From Aeropyrum pernix K1 (lineage in GTDB: Archaea > Thermoproteota > Thermoprotei_A > Sulfolobales > Acidilobaceae), in assembly GCF_000011125.1 (NCBI RefSeq), contig NC_000854.2, positions 1,500,001-1,532,000 of the forward strand: DNA of 32,000 nucleotides, read 5' to 3'. The notes under the pieces were generated by a model that was not told the origin of the DNA, did no database searches, and saw only the letters and a program-made list of their open reading frames with translations. A program made the position numbers and the translations under genes. This document shows, one piece after another, positions 1 through 8,475 of this stretch (positions within the stretch are counted from its first letter, which is position 1; each line of letters opens with the position of its first letter).

Positions 1-162
1 ATAGAGGTCCTCAGGAGCAACGGCTACACTGTGGGCACAGCGCTTGTCCTTGTGGATAGGGGCGAGGGAGCGGGCGAGCTCCTCGCCCGGATGGGTGTCA
101 GGCTGGTAAGCGTAGCAACCCTCAAAACCATACTCGAGAAACTAGGCTGGGGCGGGGAGTGA
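1..162 (+). CDS. pyrE: 3' end of a type-I phosphoribosyltransferase gene, most like orotate phosphoribosyltransferase (5' end outside window)
   Basis: Frame 1 is open from base 1 to TGA at 160-162: IEVLRSNGYTVGTALVLVDRGEGAGELLARMGVRLVSVATLKTILEKLGWGGE*. The VLVDRxEGxxELL...GVxLxSVxTL tail is typical of OPRTase C-termini. Confidence 0.5.
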   Translation: MEVLRSNGYTVGTALVLVDRGEGAGELLARMGVRLVSVATLKTILEKLGWGGE

Positions 163-387
163 AACCCTAATCAACGGCGGCCGCCTATAGAGCATTAACG
201 GGGCCCTGTGAACGCCCGTCGGGAGTCGCCCGCATCGTCGGAGCCGATGGGGCAGTGACGACTCCCCTGGCTTTGAGGGCCCTCCACAGCGTCTCACGCC
301 TCGCCAGCTCCCGTTATGGGAGGTATATCCAAATCCTTTAGCATGCTCGAGGTAATACTGTTTAATCGGAGGCCGGGGGTGGCTGGT

Positions 388-1011
388 ATGGCGGCTCTTA
401 GGAAGACGGTGGAGGTGCCCGAGATACCTGTGGTGGAGAGGGTTGAACTGCCGGCTGATGAGACGGCTGTTGTTGTCGTGGATATGCAGAACGACTTCGT
501 GAAGCCGCAGGGTAAGCTTTTCGTCCCCACTGCCCCGGCCACTATAGAGCCGATAAGAAGGCTGCTAGAGAAGGCTAGGTCCGCTGGAGTGAGGGTCTTC
601 TACACCCAGGACACCCACTATGAGGGGGACCCGGAGTTCGAGATCTGGGGGGAGCATGTTAGATACGGCACTTGGGGCTGGAGGATAGTCGAGGAGCTGA
701 AGCCTGTGGAGGGTAGGGACATAGTGGTGATGAAGACTAGGTACGACGGCTTCTACGGCACCATGCTGGACGACCTCCTCAGGGTGTATGGTGTCAAGAA
801 CCTCGTGATAGTGGGTACGGTGGCCAACATATGCGTGCTCCACACCGCGGGCAGCGCTGCCCTCAGGTGGTACAAGGTAGTGGTGCCCCTAGACGGGATA
901 AGCGCGCTCAACGACTTCGACTACCACGCCGCCCTGAGGCAGATAAGCTTCCTATACCGCGGCACCCTCGTGAAGAGCGTCGACGGCATAGAGTTTATCC
1001 AGGCCCGCTGA
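388..1011 (+). CDS. Isochorismatase-family cysteine hydrolase (nicotinamidase/pyrazinamidase-like)
   Basis: ORF 316..1011. It carries VVVDMQNDF, VVMKTRYDGF and GTVANICVLHT, the D-K-C pattern of the isochorismatase fold. QDTHY...WGEH resembles the nicotinamidase metal site. ATG 388 is preferred because GGGGGTGG (375-382) lies 5 nt upstream. ATG 316 is also possible. Confidence 0.8.
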   Translation: MAALRKTVEVPEIPVVERVELPADETAVVVVDMQNDFVKPQGKLFVPTAPATIEPIRRLLEKARSAGVRVFYTQDTHYEGDPEFEIWGEHVRYGTWGWRIVEELKPVEGRDIVVMKTRYDGFYGTMLDDLLRVYGVKNLVIVGTVANICVLHTAGSAALRWYKVVVPLDGISALNDFDYHAALRQISFLYRGTLVKSVDGIEFIQAR

Positions 1012-1948
1012 CCGGCTCTAGAGCCTCTGACATGTCGAGGACCTCGACGCCCCTACCCTCAGCAGCGTCTCCAAGGTTTATCATGCATATCGGGCACGCA
1101 ACCACTATTTTTCTCGAAACGCCCTCAAGCTCCTGCAGCCTAGCCCTGGCTATCCTCTTCGCCAGGCTCGGCATTAAACCCTCCACCGGCCCCCCGCAGC
1201 AATATGTCATCCTGCCGGACCTCGGCGGCTCCTTAAGCCTGAGCCCAGCCCTCTCCGCTATCCTCCTAGGCTCGCCTATAACGCCCTCGAACCTAGCGTA
1301 GTAGCACGGGTCGTGTATCACAGCCTCACCGAGCCTCGACCCCAGCCTGACCTCGCCGGATCTGTCGAGGACCTCGAGGTAGCTCTCTACCTCGAGGCTG
1401 TAGCCGTCCACATACTTGGGCGCTACGCTCCTCATTATATGCGTGGTGTGCGGGTCGATCGTCACAATCCTCTCCACACCAGCCTCCCGCAGCCTCCTGT
1501 AAACCCTGTTTATATGCCTTTCGAAGGACGATTCGAGGCCATTCTCGTAGAGTATAGCCCCGCTGTAGGCGTCGGCCTCGTACGGGTAGGCCACGCCCAA
1601 GGGCTTCAGCAACCCGTAGATACGGGCCACTATAGACTCCGCCCTTCTAATCTTGCTGGCTGGAGGCCTGACTGCGAGCCTCGCCAGACCTGCAGGGAGG
1701 ATCTTAGACGCTCTCAGCCCCAGCTCAAGCAGGCCCAGGGACTCGAGCCTCTCCATCAGCCTGACCGTAGCCCTAATGTATGGGGCAAGCTGGTACAAGC
1801 CCCCCGTGAAGAGGTATATTCTCCCCCTCCTAGGCGGCTCCTCCCTGTATGCCCACCTGTAGACGACGTCGCCGGGCGCCGGCACGGGAAGGCCGGTCTT
1901 CTCCACGGTAGTCTTCAATAGTGTGAGGTAGAGCTTCAGCCTAGCCAA
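995..1948 (-). CDS. CCG-domain (cysteine-rich) Fe-S oxidoreductase, HdrD/GlpC/LutA-like
   Basis: 317 aa ORF with HDPCYYARF...TYCCGGP and VVACPICMINL, which are CCG-type cysteine motifs. No N-terminal ferredoxin domain is visible. It is divergent from the acyl-CoA dehydrogenase gene. Confidence 0.6.
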   Translation of the reverse strand: MARLKLYLTLLKTTVEKTGLPVPAPGDVVYRWAYREEPPRRGRIYLFTGGLYQLAPYIRATVRLMERLESLGLLELGLRASKILPAGLARLAVRPPASKIRRAESIVARIYGLLKPLGVAYPYEADAYSGAILYENGLESSFERHINRVYRRLREAGVERIVTIDPHTTHIMRSVAPKYVDGYSLEVESYLEVLDRSGEVRLGSRLGEAVIHDPCYYARFEGVIGEPRRIAERAGLRLKEPPRSGRMTYCCGGPVEGLMPSLAKRIARARLQELEGVSRKIVVACPICMINLGDAAEGRGVEVLDMSEALEPVSGPG

Positions 1949-2005
1949 CCCGGCATAAGCACCCCGAGGCCCCTGCTACAGTATAGCTCATTAGACGGGG
2001 GCCCG

Positions 2006-2017
2006 CTTTAATTATTC
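2006..2017 (+). promoter_or_regulatory. TATA-like element upstream of the acyl-CoA dehydrogenase gene
   Basis: The AT-rich sequence ctttaattattc sits in an otherwise GC-rich spacer, about 60 nt upstream of GTG 2076. A GAGGTG Shine-Dalgarno-like motif lies at 2062-2067. Confidence 0.35.
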
Positions 2018-2032
2018 AATGCTGGAGAAATA

Positions 2033-2046
2033 TAGTGTCTACACTA
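2033..2046. promoter_or_regulatory. Palindrome TAGTGT-ct-ACACTA, candidate operator
   Basis: Perfect 6-bp arms with a 2-nt spacer. It lies between the TATA-like element and the start codon of the acyl-CoA dehydrogenase gene. Confidence 0.3.
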
Positions 2047-2075
2047 AGCTAAAACTAGTTTGAGGTGCTGTAGTC

Positions 2076-3293
2076 GTGGACTTCTCTCTGGGGCCGGATC
2101 TAGAGCTGTTTAGGGAGAGCCTCCGGAGGGGGCTGGAGAAGCTGCTGGGCGGGGGTAGGTGGGCCGAGATAGATGAGGCCGGCGTCCTCCCCGCAGAGAC
2201 GATTAGGGGGCTAGGAGCCCTCGGCGTCCTTGCTCTCGTCTGCCCGGAGGAGCTTGGGGGTCAGGGTGGAGGCTGGCTCGAGGCGGCTATCGCCGCTGAG
2301 GAGATAGGCTACCACGACCCCAGCATGTCGACAGCCGTGTACACCCTGCTAAACAACGCCTGGCCGTTCATTCTATCCCGCCATGGGAGCCCTGAGGTGG
2401 CGGGGGGTATAGTTGAGAAGGTTGCTAAGGGTGAAATGTTCTTCGGGATAGCCTCGACCGAGCCAGGCGGCGGGAGCGATGTGGCGGGTATCAAGACCCG
2501 CGCCGAGAGGAGCGGGGACTACTACAGAGTGTACGGCGAGAAGATACTGATAAGCGGTGTAAGGGAGGCTCTGGAGACCCTCGACTACGGGGGCTGGCTG
2601 CTGCTAGCGAGAACCGGGGGTGAGGGCCACAGGGGCCTTTCCGCCTTCGCCTTCACAGGCAAATGGGATGGCAGCCTGGCCAGCGGCCTGGAGTACAGCA
2701 TACTCGACACAATAGGGAGGCACGGGATATCCACGGGGATACTCAGGCTCGACGGGGCGGAGGTGCACGCCTCCAGGATCGTCGGAGGCGAGGGCCGGGG
2801 CTTCTACGTGGCAATGGAGGGCTTCCCCCTGGCAAGGATACTGGTGGCGGCGGCGAACGTTGGCGCCGCGAGGTGGGCGCTGGAGAGGGCCGTGGAGTGG
2901 TCCAGGGAGAGGAGGCTCTTCGGAGGGAGGCCCATAGCCTCTTTCCAGGGTGTGAGCTTCTCGATAGCGGAGGCTTTCGCAGGGCTGGAGGCGGCGAGGC
3001 TCCTAGTCTACAGGGCGGCCTGGACTGCCGACAGGTACGTTCGAGGCGAGGCTGCAAGGGAGGAGCTTAACCTGTACAGCGCTTCAGCGAAGCTGAAGGC
3101 GGTGGACACCGCCTTCTCCATATTCCAGGAGACGATGAAGATAGTCGGGGGCATAAGCTTCACGAAGGAGGTCGACGTCCACAGGGGCCTGCTCGGGACC
3201 CTATCCTACCTCGTGGGGGCTGAGGGGGCGCAGAACATAATGAAGTACATCATAGCCAGGGACCTGATAGGAAGAGAGTATGTGAAGCTCTAG
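2076..3293 (+). CDS. Acyl-CoA dehydrogenase
   Basis: 405 aa. FGIASTEPGGGSDVAGIKTRAE is the ACAD signature region. The C-terminal helical domain has GGxGFTKE-like ...GGISFTKEVDVHRGL. Length is typical. Confidence 0.9.
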   Translation: MDFSLGPDLELFRESLRRGLEKLLGGGRWAEIDEAGVLPAETIRGLGALGVLALVCPEELGGQGGGWLEAAIAAEEIGYHDPSMSTAVYTLLNNAWPFILSRHGSPEVAGGIVEKVAKGEMFFGIASTEPGGGSDVAGIKTRAERSGDYYRVYGEKILISGVREALETLDYGGWLLLARTGGEGHRGLSAFAFTGKWDGSLASGLEYSILDTIGRHGISTGILRLDGAEVHASRIVGGEGRGFYVAMEGFPLARILVAAANVGAARWALERAVEWSRERRLFGGRPIASFQGVSFSIAEAFAGLEAARLLVYRAAWTADRYVRGEAAREELNLYSASAKLKAVDTAFSIFQETMKIVGGISFTKEVDVHRGLLGTLSYLVGAEGAQNIMKYIIARDLIGREYVKL

Positions 3294-3682
3294 CCATCCC
3301 CAGGCTCGACGAGGAGCAAGAGCCCCCTGGACCCCCGCACCACAACGACATCACCGGGCCTGACAGACCCCCTCAGCAGGACTCCCCTCCAAAGCTCCCC
3401 CTCGATCTCAACCACAACCCTCCCGCCCTCCCGCACCTCTACCACCCGGCCTTTCAAGCCCTCCAAGGCGTCTGGACCTACACTAGGCTTCCTGCCCATA
3501 GCCTCCACAGCCTTGGCAGCGGCAACCGCTAGGAAGAGGGCTATGGGCGAGACCATGACCGCCGCCTCCAGGGGTGAGGCTAGCCCCAGCCTCTCCGCCA
3601 TGTAGGCAGCACCCCCTACTACTATCAATATCACAGCCGCCTCGTCAAGCAGGGCAACCAGCACGAGGAGCCTACCAGCCAA
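3290..3682 (-). CDS. NfeD-family membrane protein (short form, C-terminal OB-fold)
   Basis: 130 aa. Hydrophobic N-terminal half, then GRVVEV...GELWRGV...PGDVVVVRGSRGLLLLVEP, typical of the NfeD C-terminal domain. TTG start. Confidence 0.6.
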   Translation of the reverse strand: MAGRLLVLVALLDEAAVILIVVGGAAYMAERLGLASPLEAAVMVSPIALFLAVAAAKAVEAMGRKPSVGPDALEGLKGRVVEVREGGRVVVEIEGELWRGVLLRGSVRPGDVVVVRGSRGLLLLVEPGDG

Positions 3683-3734
3683 GCCGCCGGCCCCAGGGCA
3701 ATATCTAGTAGGCTCCAGCGGCTGTTAGATATTT

Positions 3735-4442
3735 GTGGGCATAGGGTGTCTAGAGGGTTTGAAGAGGCAGGAGCTGAGGACTTCGGAGGCGTCGAGGCTG
3801 GTGGCCCTGGTGTATGCGGTGGTGAGGGCCGTCGAGGAGTATAACGAGGACTACGACCCCCGAGAGGTCAGGGTCTCCCTCCCGCGCCGCCCAAGCCGGG
3901 GCGAGGTTCTCGTCGAGGTGGAGGCGCCGGGCTACTCGCTGGAGGATTATTCGTGGGAGCTCGACGACGGTTCCAGGATAGTGGTGGCCCCTGGGAGGGG
4001 TGTTGAGAGGCTCTCCACCATACTGCGGAGGCTCCCCTGGGAGGTGTGGAGGCTTGAGGGTGGGCTGCTGAGGGGGCTGGCTTCGGAGACGAGCGGGAGC
4101 GGCATAGAATACATCATAGTCTACCTGGTTGACGGGAGGGCAGCCCTGCTGGAGGGCGAGGAGTATAGGGTCTCTATACCCGGCCTCGGTGACGCGGTTG
4201 CAGCCGCCGTCCACACCCACCCATCCGGCTCGTGCGCCCTCTCCAGGGCCGACGTGTTGAGCGGGCTGGACCTCATGATAAACGGGGGCCTCTTCGAGGC
4301 AGCCGCCACCCCCGAGTGCATGGTTTACATGCTGAGGATAGGCCTCGTCTCGGAGGACGACTATATAAAGCTGTGGACGAGCAGGCACGGCATTATTCCC
4401 CCTCTGAGTCTAAACACGGTAGAAGTGGGTGTGGTTGCTTGA
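3735..4442 (+). CDS. JAB/MPN+ (JAMM) metalloprotease-domain protein with an unrecognised ~125 aa N-terminal region
   Basis: 235 aa. An exact JAMM motif H-x-H-x7-S-x2-D is present: HTHPSGSCALSRAD (nt 4212-4253). A candidate upstream Glu lies in GIEYIIVYLVDG. GTG start. The stop overlaps the next start. Confidence 0.65.
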   Translation: MGIGCLEGLKRQELRTSEASRLVALVYAVVRAVEEYNEDYDPREVRVSLPRRPSRGEVLVEVEAPGYSLEDYSWELDDGSRIVVAPGRGVERLSTILRRLPWEVWRLEGGLLRGLASETSGSGIEYIIVYLVDGRAALLEGEEYRVSIPGLGDAVAAAVHTHPSGSCALSRADVLSGLDLMINGGLFEAAATPECMVYMLRIGLVSEDDYIKLWTSRHGIIPPLSLNTVEVGVVA

Positions 4443-4996
4443 AGAGCCTGGGTGAGGTGCTGGAGGCGCTCTCAAGCCTCTCTAGGACAGGCTGGATGCT
4501 CAGGGGAGTCCCCCACCAGCTGGCGGAGACTGTTGCGGAGCACCTCTTCGCCTCCGCAGTTATAGCGGGGGAGATTGCGTGGAGGGCCAGGTCCTCGGGC
4601 CTCCAAGCCAGCCCTGAAAAGGCTGTGGCTATAGCGCTCTACCACGACATGGCTGAGAGCGTCATAGGCGATATATCCAAGAGGGCGGGGCTATCGAGGG
4701 CGAAGAGGGAGGCCGAGGCCAGGGCCTTCGCCTCCCTCCCCCTGAGCGAGGGCGTCAAGAACCTTTTCAGAGAGTTCGAGGAGGCGTCATCCCCCGAGGC
4801 TAGGATAGCCAGGGTGGCCGAGCTGCTCGCCACGCTCTGGAGGTCCTGCGTTTACGTGAGGCTCGGATTCGGGGTGGAGGATATTGGGCGGGGCAGCCTG
4901 GAGGAGGCCCTCGCGCTCGCCCGCGAGTGGGGGCTGGAGGAGCATGCGCAGGGCGTGGCCCGCCTGCTAGGGGTGGAGGGGTGCCTGGAGGGTTGA
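4439..4996 (+). CDS. HD-domain phosphohydrolase, YfbR-like 5'-deoxynucleotidase family
   Basis: LSRTGWMLRGV...ETVAEHLF...ALYHDMAESVIGDISK matches the R-x-GW / AEH / HD...GD pattern of the HD_3 family. The likely start is TTG 4439, overlapping the upstream TGA (4440-4442), or GTG 4457. The 4232 extension in the ORF track lies inside the upstream gene. Confidence 0.75.
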   Translation: MKSLGEVLEALSSLSRTGWMLRGVPHQLAETVAEHLFASAVIAGEIAWRARSSGLQASPEKAVAIALYHDMAESVIGDISKRAGLSRAKREAEARAFASLPLSEGVKNLFREFEEASSPEARIARVAELLATLWRSCVYVRLGFGVEDIGRGSLEEALALAREWGLEEHAQGVARLLGVEGCLEG

Positions 4997-5589
4997 CTAG
5001 GGTCTCTCTACCCTACTACGAGTATAGCATGGGCAGGGGTGGGGGGAGCCTGTTCCTGGAGGCCCACCTCTCACGCCACCTACTACCCGAGGAGATCTGC
5101 CTCCTAGCCTCTAGGAGGCCGGTGTGGCTTGACGAGAGGCCCTCCGGTGTTGTCGCGACGCCCTGGGGCAGCCCAGGAGAGGTCCTCAGGTTCTACGTTG
5201 AGCGGGCAACCATCCTCCTCACAGAGCCGCCACCCCCCAGGGAGAGGGTTTGGAGGTGGATGCTCAGGAGGCTCGGCCAAGAGCTAAACAGGCTCATAGC
5301 CGGGGGTCTTGTGGGCCCGCCGGTCCAGCCTGAGGTGAGTGAGGATGCTAGGAGGGCTAGGCTTGCGAGGAGGCTGTGCAAGGATGTGCTTGGCGACGTC
5401 ATCTCCGGCCGCCTACAGCCTGTTCACCAGGGTTTGAGGTGGAGGATAGTAGAGGTGGAAGCATCGGCTGGGGCCACCAGGGTGGCCAGGCCGGGTGGGG
5501 GGAGCGATAGGATACTGGAGTGGCTGGCTTCGAGGAACCCCGGCCTCAGGTCCTCGCTAGAGGCCCTGGCCGCCGAGGGCAGAGCCTAG
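4993..5589 (+). CDS. Hypothetical protein (no recognisable domain)
   Basis: Same strand as the HD gene. TTG 4993 overlaps the HD stop (4994-4996). The alternative start is ATG 5029. Codon usage looks like the neighbours. The 3' end overlaps the convergent hydrolase by 33 nt. Confidence 0.5.
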   Translation: MTRVSLPYYEYSMGRGGGSLFLEAHLSRHLLPEEICLLASRRPVWLDERPSGVVATPWGSPGEVLRFYVERATILLTEPPPPRERVWRWMLRRLGQELNRLIAGGLVGPPVQPEVSEDARRARLARRLCKDVLGDVISGRLQPVHQGLRWRIVEVEASAGATRVARPGGGSDRILEWLASRNPGLRSSLEALAAEGRA

Positions 5590-6396
5590 GTGGGTCTTCA
5601 CAGCCTCGATGAGCCTGGAAGCAGCCTCAAGGTGGACTAGGTGGCCGGCCCCCTCGATAACCACTATTCTCCCCCTAGGGCCTAGGATGCGGCGTGCCTC
5701 CTCTAGCAGACCAGCCGCCAGCGGGTCCCTAGAACCCACGACCACAGTGGTGGGAGCCTCGGCTGTGAGCCTCTGGAAAGCCCGGGTGTAGTCCCGCCCT
5801 GCCAGCTCCTCTACTATGCTCGCGTAGACATGGGGGCCTATTCTCTGTAGGAGTTTTAGGGCGGCTTGATAGGCGAGATTCATGTTAACCCCCCGGTATA
5901 CAGCAGCCGCGATCGCTCTAGCCGCCTCCTCCACACCCCTCTCCCTGGCGAGCCTGGCCCTAGCCCTCATCCCCTCGGGGTCGGCTGGCCTGTGAAGAGC
6001 CCCCACCAGGATCGCGCTTTCGAACCCTCCGCCGGGTTCCAGGATGTCCTTGTCCACCGCTTCGAGCACCACAAACCCGCCGAGGCTGAAGCCCATTAGA
6101 TGCACCCTACCCTGCCCCTCCCTCTTTACGAGGGCCTCCAGGTCCTTCGCCATAGCCTCCAGAGATACACCCCCCTGGCCAGGCCTGCTGCCGCCATGGC
6201 CCCTCAGGTCGGGGAGCACGATCCTCGCCCCAAGCCCGGCCGCCAGCCTGGCTATGTGGAGCCAAACCCTGGAGTTCTCCCCGAGGCCGTGTAGCATGAG
6301 GATTGTGTCGCCGCCCCACCTCGGGGGCGATATGGTTATGTAGGATATGAGGCCTCCGTCCCAAGTCTCGAGTCTAAGCGGTTCCTCGGAAGCCAA
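5557..6396 (-). CDS. Alpha/beta-fold hydrolase
   Basis: 279 aa. HGLGENSRVW (oxyanion region), GFSLGG (GxSxG nucleophile elbow) and a C-terminal GAGHLVHLE histidine motif. Confidence 0.85.
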   Translation of the reverse strand: MASEEPLRLETWDGGLISYITISPPRWGGDTILMLHGLGENSRVWLHIARLAAGLGARIVLPDLRGHGGSRPGQGGVSLEAMAKDLEALVKREGQGRVHLMGFSLGGFVVLEAVDKDILEPGGGFESAILVGALHRPADPEGMRARARLARERGVEEAARAIAAAVYRGVNMNLAYQAALKLLQRIGPHVYASIVEELAGRDYTRAFQRLTAEAPTTVVVGSRDPLAAGLLEEARRILGPRGRIVVIEGAGHLVHLEAASRLIEAVKTHLGSALGGQGL

Positions 6397-6425
6397 GGCG
6401 GCTTACACCCCTCCAGCCCCTGTAT

Positions 6426-7901
6426 TTAAGTCCTACTGCCCGCCACAACCCTCTTCACGGCCTCCACCAGCCTGAGGGGCGAGACCAGGCCCTCCTCCGT
6501 AGCCAGGTCCTCCCCAGCCTTGCCTACGGTGTAGAGTGCTGCGGCGGCCGTGTTCAGAGGGTCTGGGTCCAGGCCGAGCGCCCTCCTCCTAGCTAGGAAG
6601 CCTGCTAACACGCCCGCGAGCACGTCCCCCGTGCCGCCGACGCTCATCTCCGGGGCCCCCCAGGGCGACTCCCTGCACCTCCCCTCCGGGCTGCACACAG
6701 CGTCCACCGGGGCCTTGACGATGGTGGTGGCTCCGTACCGGGCTGCTATCTCCCTCGCAGCCCTGAGGGGAGGGAGGTCCTCCCCGCCTAGGAGCAGTTT
6801 GGCCTCGCCCCTGTGTGGCGTTAACACGGCTCCGCCCCAGAGCCTATCCCCCCTTCTCGCCAGCGCTTTGAGGCCGTCGGCGTCGACAACGGCGGGCACC
6901 CCCCTTTTCCTCGCGGCGTCGAGGACCTCCCACAGCAGGTCCTCGCCCTCCCCTCCCATGCCCGGGCCAGCCACCACCGCGTGAACCCTCTCGACAACCC
7001 GGCTAGCCTCCTCCATCCTCCTGGGCACTATCTCGGGCCTGGCCAGGGCTGCCTCCCGCGAGAAGGGAGAGGCTAGGTACACCAGGTCCACTCCCGCTGC
7101 GTAGGCGGCGAGGGCTGCTAGTATTGGGGCTCCAACGTACTCGCTGCTGCCCCCTACGACGAGAACCCGCCCACCGACGCCCTTGTGGGCGTCCCGGGGC
7201 CTCCTAGGTATCCTAGCCGCAACGTCGCCGGGGCCTGCGTAGTACTCAGCAGCCCAGGGCACCCCTATCTCTGCCGTGAGGACCTCGCCGGCGTAGAGGG
7301 GTGCGGCTCCCTTGAAGAGGCCCTTCTTGGGCTTGTGCATAGAGACTGTATAGTCAGACCTCACGGCGCCCTCGACTGCATCCCCCGTGTCCGGGTCTAC
7401 ACCCGTCGGCACGTCCACCGAGATCTTGAGGCCCCCAGCCTTGTTGTAGGCTTCCGCCGCAGCCTTAACACTGCCCCGGAGGCCCCCCTTAACGCCTATC
7501 CCTAGGAGGGCGTCGACAACAGCGTCAACACCCCCTAGGTCCAGCCAGCCAGGTGCGCCGGGCTCTAGCACCTCGACGCGGCTCGCCTCCACCCCCTTGA
7601 GCATTGTCCTCGCGGCAGGATGCTTAACCTCCCCCCGGGGGTGGGTTAGGTGGATCTCAACCCTGGCTCCCCGGGCCGCGAGCCTCCGGGCGGCTGCTAT
7701 GCCGTCGCCGCCGTTCCCACCCTTGCCCGCGAGCACAGCAACCTTGGCCCCCTGGAGTCCGCCGAGGAGGCACTCTAGAACCCCTGCTACGGCGTTTCCA
7801 GCGTTCTCCATGAGAAGCTCGATAGAAACCCCGAGGTTCTCGGCGTTGATCTCGAACGCCCTCATATCCTCTGTTGAGATAGCGTCCTCAGGGCTCGCCA
7901 T
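6426..7901 (-). CDS. nnr: Bifunctional NAD(P)H-hydrate repair enzyme (epimerase + ADP-dependent dehydratase)
   Basis: The N-terminal YjeF_N domain has LAGKGGNGGDGIAAARRLA. The C-terminal carbohydrate-kinase domain has VVGGSSEYVGAPILAALAA and GTGDVLAG. ATG 7901 (MASPEDAIS) is preferred over ATG 7958. Confidence 0.85.
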   Translation of the reverse strand: MASPEDAISTEDMRAFEINAENLGVSIELLMENAGNAVAGVLECLLGGLQGAKVAVLAGKGGNGGDGIAAARRLAARGARVEIHLTHPRGEVKHPAARTMLKGVEASRVEVLEPGAPGWLDLGGVDAVVDALLGIGVKGGLRGSVKAAAEAYNKAGGLKISVDVPTGVDPDTGDAVEGAVRSDYTVSMHKPKKGLFKGAAPLYAGEVLTAEIGVPWAAEYYAGPGDVAARIPRRPRDAHKGVGGRVLVVGGSSEYVGAPILAALAAYAAGVDLVYLASPFSREAALARPEIVPRRMEEASRVVERVHAVVAGPGMGGEGEDLLWEVLDAARKRGVPAVVDADGLKALARRGDRLWGGAVLTPHRGEAKLLLGGEDLPPLRAAREIAARYGATTIVKAPVDAVCSPEGRCRESPWGAPEMSVGGTGDVLAGVLAGFLARRRALGLDPDPLNTAAAALYTVGKAGEDLATEEGLVSPLRLVEAVKRVVAGSRT

Positions 7902-7986
7902 CCTAACCCCGGGGCACAGGACCAAGCAGAGACACCCCAGTGAGGGTTGGGTTTGCATTCGGGGCTAAATATGGGGGTCCAACGGG

Positions 7987-8475
7987 TTACAGGTCGTCCC
8001 ACCAGTCGGCCTCCAGCCTGGCCTCTGAGGACCTGTAGTAGATTGTAGGCACCCCTCTGCGGCGGAGCCTCCTCCTCAGGCTCCTGTCGCTGGTTGCCAC
8101 GTATACTTTAGCCCCCTCTACTTTGAGCTTTTCGGCAGCTTCCTCGAGGCTGTCGTCGGCGTCTCGGCTCTCAGTTTCTATGACCTCAACTCCCATCTGC
8201 TGGAGGAGCCTGAGGGCGGTCTGGGCCCTCCTGCCGAGGAGCCTTGTCCTATGTATCTCAGCGAGCCCCCGCAGCTCGGCTACTACTGTAGACGTGGTGG
8301 CGGGTTTGAAGCTGGAGTTTATCGCCTCTAAGATCATGCTTGGGGCTATTCGGCCGGAGGCCATCAGGATAAGGGTGTTGGAGTCCAGGAGAACTACTAC
8401 TTTATGAGCCCCCAGCCTATGAGCCTCCACCTCCCCATTATCCTCCTGCTCAGGGCCACCCTCGCCTTGGGCCAT
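7987..8475 (-). CDS. PIN-domain protein (Fcf1/COG1412-type, conserved neighbour of aIF2-gamma)
   Basis: VVLLDSNTL (first PIN Asp), ...ADDSLEEAA... and ...[13 protein letters not shown]. About 150 aa. The start is ATG 8475 or GTG 8430. Both overlap the 3' end of the aIF2-gamma gene. Confidence 0.7.
   Translation of the reverse strand: MAQGEGGPEQEDNGEVEAHRLGAHKVVVLLDSNTLILMASGRIAPSMILEAINSSFKPATTSTVVAELRGLAEIHRTRLLGRRAQTALRLLQQMGVEVIETESRDADDSLEEAAEKLKVEGAKVYVATSDRSLRRRLRRRGVPTIYYRSSEARLEADWWDDL

Noticed and set aside
4232-4438. Upstream 69-codon extension of the HD-domain ORF in the track (ATG 4232).
   Set aside because: It overlaps the JAB-domain gene, including the JAMM motif codons, in another frame, and it is Arg/Gly-rich. 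The recognisable HD family N-terminus begins right at TTG 4439/GTG 4457.
7902-7958. Cys-rich, hydrophobic N-terminal extension of Nnr (MQTQPSLGCLCLVLCPGV), superficially signal-peptide or lipobox-like.
   Set aside because: Nnr is cytoplasmic. The family N-terminus aligns from MASPEDAIS (ATG 7901). A TATA-like element at about 7963-7973 sits too close to ATG 7958.
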